39,774 nt of DNA from Octopus bimaculoides (lineage: Eukaryota). Positions 34,716 to 39,774 of this stretch are shown here, piece after piece. The DNA is taken from the NCBI RefSeq assembly GCF_001194135.2, contig NC_069000.1, forward strand, positions 43,569,152 to 43,608,925. The letters are read 5' to 3'. Both the position numbers and the translations under genes were made by a program. The notes under the pieces were generated by a model. It was not told where the DNA came from. It saw only the letters and a program-made list of their open reading frames with translations, and did no database searches. Position 1 is the stretch's first letter. The number at the start of each line of letters is the position of its first letter.

Positions 34716-35080
34716 GGTAATGGTGCTGGTAGTGGTGGTCTGCCATTCACACGCAGCTCAAGCTAAAAATATCTCGGGTCGCTTAAATATTTACCTTAGG
34801 AGTTGATAAATGTACCTCGACTTCCTTGAAACGTTCTCACAAGCATCATCTATATGCGTTCCCATCATGTATATGCGTGAATGTTTGCATACGTACATAT
34901 ATGCATATACACACACACATATATGCATACAGGCATTCATAGATACATACATATACAAATATACACACATATATATGCACATATATATATATATATATAG
35001 ATACGTATGAATACATTTATTTATATATTTAATTACATATGTATATATATCATAAATATATCTATATATATATATATGTA

Positions 35081-35243
35081 GGTGCAGGTGTGGCTGTATG
35101 GTAAGTAGCTTGCTTACCAACGACATGGTTCCGGGTTCAGTCCCTCTGCATGGCACCTCGGGCAAGTGTCTTCTGCTGTAGCCTCAGGCCGACCAAAGCC
35201 ATGTGAGTGGATTTGGTAGACGGAAACTGAAAGAAGCCCGTCG

Positions 35244-35304
<61 letters not shown>

Positions 35305-35504
35305 GTGTCTATGTTTGTGTGTCTTTGTTTGCTCCCATCATCGCTTGACAACCGATGTTGGTGTGTTTACATCCCTGTAACCTAGCGGTTCGGCAATATA
35401 GTCCGATAGCATAAGTACTAGGCTTATTTGTTCGACTAAAGGACTTTGTTCAACTAAAGGCGGTGCTCCAGCATGGCTGCAGTCAAATGACTTAAATAAA
35501 AGAA
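35081..35504 (+). mobile_element. SINE family B, full-length composite copy (tRNA head, CORE-like box, internal (TA)/(TG)n, 3' module)
   Basis: ggtgcaggtgtggctgtatggtaag A-box, ccgggttcagtccc B-box, cctcgggcaagtgtctt, internal (TG)n at about 35230-35300, then atcgcttgacaaccgatg..ggcggtgctccagcatggctgcagtcaaatgac. Confidence 0.93.
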
Positions 35505-35560
35505 TATATATACATACATACATATATGTGTATACACACCCACACCCACATATATATACG

Positions 35561-35593
<33 letters not shown>

Positions 35594-35989
35594 GCACGCG
35601 AATTAACGAAAATCTCTTAGCGAGTTGTTCGAGCGAATAGAATCAGGAGCGAAATAAATTAGTAAAAATTCCACTTAAAATTTATTTAATCATTAAAACT
35701 AATAATTATAACTATTAAAGAAATACATTGTTTCAATATAAATAACTCCCACCGAATGGCTGAAAAAATAAGAGGTGAGTGTCATGGCTGAAATCCCCTT
35801 TATCAATAAACCTCATTAGTCCCCGAGCAAAGATAGGCATTGGAAATAAACAACAACGAATGGTTTTGAAAACAAATTCGAAAAGAATGAAAACGGAAGA
35901 AACGTTTCGGAAAATATCTTTCTAAAAAGATCCTTCTATATTTTCTCTGACCTATTAAAATACTGTCTCGGTTCCGCTATCCATTTCAC

Positions 35990-36630
35990 CGCATACACAC
36001 AGACAACATACATACGTACGCACACAGAGAGAACATGTGTGCATGTAAACACGCACTCCAAAACACACGCTCTCGCATATTTCTAAGAATTTCGGCATTT
36101 TCCAACACTCTACGTTCGCCTCTCACAACACACACACGCGCGAGCACACACACACGGAGGTTTACACGCATACAAAAAGACATACATACACAGACACACA
36201 GGAACAAGCACAGAGCACACATATGCGTACACCCACACATGCATGTACACCTATAAGACCCATAACACACACGCACACATACACACATAATTATAAAAGA
36301 ACGTTGAAGAATTTCACGCAATTTCCAAAACACAACACCCATACACACGCACGCACACAGCGAACAAACAAACGAATATACATTCACACACGCACTCATA
36401 CATACACACTCACACAGTACTCAACAATAAACACACATATGCATGCACACACACGCGCGCGCACACACAGATATACACATACACACACAAGCTTCGAAGA
36501 ATTCCTCGCAGTTTCCAAAGTAAAACATCCATACCGTACACACACACACATACACACAAACACACACACAACATACATACATACACTCGCACGCGCACCA
36601 CCACCCCACACCTACACACGTACACCCACT
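35990..36630. repeat. Degenerate CA-rich low-complexity tract
   Basis: Directly visible. Confidence 0.85.
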
Positions 36631-37790
36631 CACAGCTGCCAAAAAAGGCTCCTTAGAATATTCGGGTACCATTAAATATAGTCGCAGACTTCTTTGTTTG
36701 TTTGTTTTTTTTTTCTTCAAGAATATACAGAAATAGATCCAAATGTTTCCNNNNNNNNNNNNNNNNNNNNNNNNNNNNNNNNNNNNNNNNNNNNNNNNNN
36801 NNNNNNNNNNNNNNNNNNNNNNNNNNNNNNNNNNNNNNNNNNNNNNNNNNNNNNNNNNNNNNNNNNNNNNNNNNNNNNNNNNNNNNNNNNNNNNNNNNNN
36901 NNNNNNNNNNNNNNNNNNNNNNNNNNNNNNNNNNNNNNNNNNNNNNNNNNNNNNNNNNNNNNNNNNNNNNNNNNNNNNNNNNNNNNNNNNNNNNNNNNNN
37001 NNNNNNNNNNNNNNNNNNNNNNNNNNNNNNNNNNNNNNNNNNNNNNNNNNNNNNNNNNNNNNNNNNNNNNNNNNNNNNNNNNNNNNNNNNNNNNNNNNNN
37101 NNNNNNNNNNNNNNNNNNNNNNNNNNNNNNNNNNNNNNNNNNNNNNNNNNNNNNNNNNNNNNNNNNNNNNNNNNNNNNNNNNNNNNNNNNNNNNNNNNNN
37201 NNNNNNNNNNNNNNNNNNNNNNNNNNNNNNNNNNNNNNNNNNNNNNNNNNNNNNNNNNNNNNNNNNNNNNNNNNNNNNNNNNNNNNNNNNNNNNNNNNNN
37301 NNNNNNNNNNNNNNNNNNNNNNNNNNNNNNNNNNNNNNNNNNNNNNNNNNNNNNNNNNNNNNNNNNNNNNNNNNNNNNNNNNNNNNNNNNNNNNNNNNNN
37401 NNNNNNNNNNNNNNNNNNNNNNNNNNNNNNNNNNNNNNNNNNNNNNNNNNNNNNNNNNNNNNNNNNNNNNNNNNNNNNNNNNNNNNNNNNNNNNNNNNNN
37501 NNNNNNNNNNNNNNNNNNNNNNNNNNNNNNNNNNNNNNNNNNNNNNNNNNNNNNNNNNNNNNNNNNNNNNNNNNNNNNNNNNNNNNNNNNNTATATATAT
37601 ATATATATATATATATGTATAAAGAGGAGAATTTGTTGTTGAAAATGTACTTGATTTTAAAAAAAACTCTTGTAATTGATTTTAAATAAATTTATTTCTA
37701 TACAAACCAAACAAGTTTCAACCGATCTTTGTTTATCAATGGCATAAACGACATACAAAACATGTTAAATATATATATATAGCTGTGACA

Positions 37791-37844
37791 GACTGAGCAT
37801 TACTGATGAGTATTAATTTCCTACACGAAATTAGCAGTGCAGTT
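37791..37844 (+). ncRNA. Decayed hammerhead-like motif
   Basis: GACUG(AG)CAUU-A-CUGAUGA-G..C-GAAA-UUAGC-AGUGCAGUU; bulged stem I and intact core, but stem III and the cleavage triplet are broken. Confidence 0.4.
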
Positions 37845-37967
37845 GGTGTTTACCTCTCGATCTGAGATTTAATATAGCTTATTTCTCCTTTTTCAAAACC
37901 AGCAACAGTTTGTCACTAGATAAAAGCATATAGTATGTTGTGAGTGGAATGAGTTTTCATCACTAGC

Positions 37968-38027
37968 TGATGGTTGTCACACACTGAAGACGGGTAACTA
38001 ACCAGAAACCCGGGTCTGTGTGTATCA
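37968..38027 (+). ncRNA. Type I hammerhead ribozyme motif with bulged stem I and palindromic stem III
   Basis: UGAUG(GUUGU)CACACA-CUGAAGA-CGGGUAACUAACCA-GAAA-CCCGG-GUC/UGUGUG-UAUCA; ACCCGGGT palindrome; predicted cleavage after C38016; C-A mismatch at the base of stem II. Confidence 0.75.
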
Positions 38028-38294
38028 CGTAAGGCTAGAGATGTGAGTGATGACCTCCCCTCGCAAATATTAATCGGACAGACAGGGAGGCGTTAGCCTG
38101 CTGGAGGCGATGTCTTCCTGGGGCTAAAAACAACAGTAACATCGTCGTCAGTGGCGCCGCCACAGTTAGTTGGTAAATATATTTTACGATATATATATAT
38201 GTATGTATGTATACACAAAGAAAAGACATAATTTCGGTTGGTTTCGAACCTGTAATGTATGGCTTACCTTCTAGATACATAAAGATATCTGATA

Positions 38295-38519
38295 TTTTTT
38301 TACTGGTTTCAGTCATTTTGACTGCGGCTATGCTGGAGCACCGCTTTTAGTCGAACATATCGACCCCATGACTTATTCTTTCTAAGCCTTGTACTTATTC
38401 TATCCACCCATTTGCCAAACCGCTAAGTCACGGGACGTAAACATACCAACATCTGTTGTCAAGCGATTGTGGTGGCACAAATACAGGCATAATATATGTA
38501 TATATGCATACATACATAC

Positions 38520-38573
<54 letters not shown>

Positions 38574-38673
38574 NNNNNNNNNNNNNNNNNNNNNNNNNNN
38601 NNNNNNNNNNNNNNNNNNNNNNNNNNNNNNNNNNNNNNNNNNNNNNNNNNNNNNNNNNNNNNNNNNNNNNNNN

Positions 38674-38711
<38 letters not shown>

Positions 38712-38749
38712 ACCACACACAAGCTTCTTACCACAGCTACTCCTGCGCC
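38295..38749 (-). mobile_element. SINE family B, minus strand, spanning an internal (TA)n and a gap; most of the head deleted
   Basis: 3' module at 38295-38490; head ggcgcaggagtagctgtggtaagaagcttg at 38720-38749. Confidence 0.88.
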
Positions 38750-38995
38750 TATAGGAGAAGAATAAATTCTTGTTCGTAAATACAATGTGGAATAGTAAAA
38801 ACCTTTTAGTCGATCCTAACTTTTCCAGCCAATAGTTTTCTTTGTACAAGAAATACTTTCTTCTAAGCTGCGCACTCACCCCAACCCTCCAAGAAAGAGG
38901 GGGGAATACAACTGAAGAATTCTAGCGAATTTAGAGGAAGTAGAAGAGAGGAACGGCACTGCTTGTATGAATAATATACAGAAATTATTATCACG

Positions 38996-39045
<50 letters not shown>

Positions 39046-39064
39046 GTCAGTGTGTGAGTGTATG

Positions 39065-39105
<41 letters not shown>

Positions 39106-39774
39106 GAAACATTGATATGTATGTGTGTGTATATATGTTAGTTGCGTGTATGCATACAAAAGTAAATGGATAAATATACGGGTATATATCAAAGTAAGGA
39201 ACTTGCGTAATATTTCCATATATATATATATTTATCTATACGTGTATTCATAATTATGTTTACATACTTACGTACATTCATTCAAACAGGCACGCAAAGA
39301 ACCATACGCTTGAAACAAACACAAAACACGCACATACACGCATACACACACATACACGTACACACAGAGACACATACACGCATACACCAATACAAACATA
39401 TACCCATACTCACATCTAGACATGTACACATAGAAGCATCTACTTACAAATAAACATACACACCTTAGCTCTGAATCATAAATGACGCAACTATTTTGTT
39501 ATTTTCTTTTTTTATCTATGTCTAAGCGTGCTTTACAGCAATGCTCCACGTTTTACTTATAACAAAAATACTACGTGCAGCGCTCTGCTCTGTTGTATAG
39601 ACAAAGAACTTTATTTTTTGAAGAGACTGGTTTTAGTGTTGAATGGAAGCTTTTGAGGAATATGCTCTAACCTTACTGTCTATGCACGGGTATCGTGTGT
39701 GAGTGTGTAGTGCATATATGAATAAGCTGCGCATAGGCTTGTATTCATACATAAATATATATATAAATATATAT

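Noticed and set aside
22168-35200. tRNA genes at SINE heads
   Set aside because: A and B boxes are present but there is no complete cloverleaf, and each continues into a repeated SINE body.

Overview
Repeat-saturated, AT-rich eukaryotic scaffold segment with many N-gaps, most flanked by (TA)n. The repeat families match octopus repeats as I recall them, so this is probably an Octopus sp. short-read assembly (inference, not verified). I found no convincing host protein-coding exon. Almost all ORFs in the track are translated microsatellites or gaps. Supportable content: (1) about 13 copies of a tRNA-derived SINE (family A) and about 10 pieces of a second, composite SINE (family B: tRNA head + CORE-like box + internal microsatellite + 3' module); (2) decayed non-LTR retrotransposon fragments: Hero-like and R4/Dong-like pieces with a restriction-like endonuclease (RLE) domain, several abutting (AAT)n, plus RTE-like pieces; (3) an internally deleted pogo-type DNA transposon with a Brinker-like N-terminus; (4) two long foldback elements; (5) most notably, up to seven dispersed type I hammerhead-ribozyme-like motifs of unrelated sequence. 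Three have a fully canonical core (24056-24090, 25279-25326, 37968-38027), one has a U3:A8 covariation, one a U4C variant and two are decayed. They resemble the minimal hammerheads of Penelope-like elements, but no Penelope ORF is visible in the window. All alignments and folds were done by eye; no database search or folding program was run.
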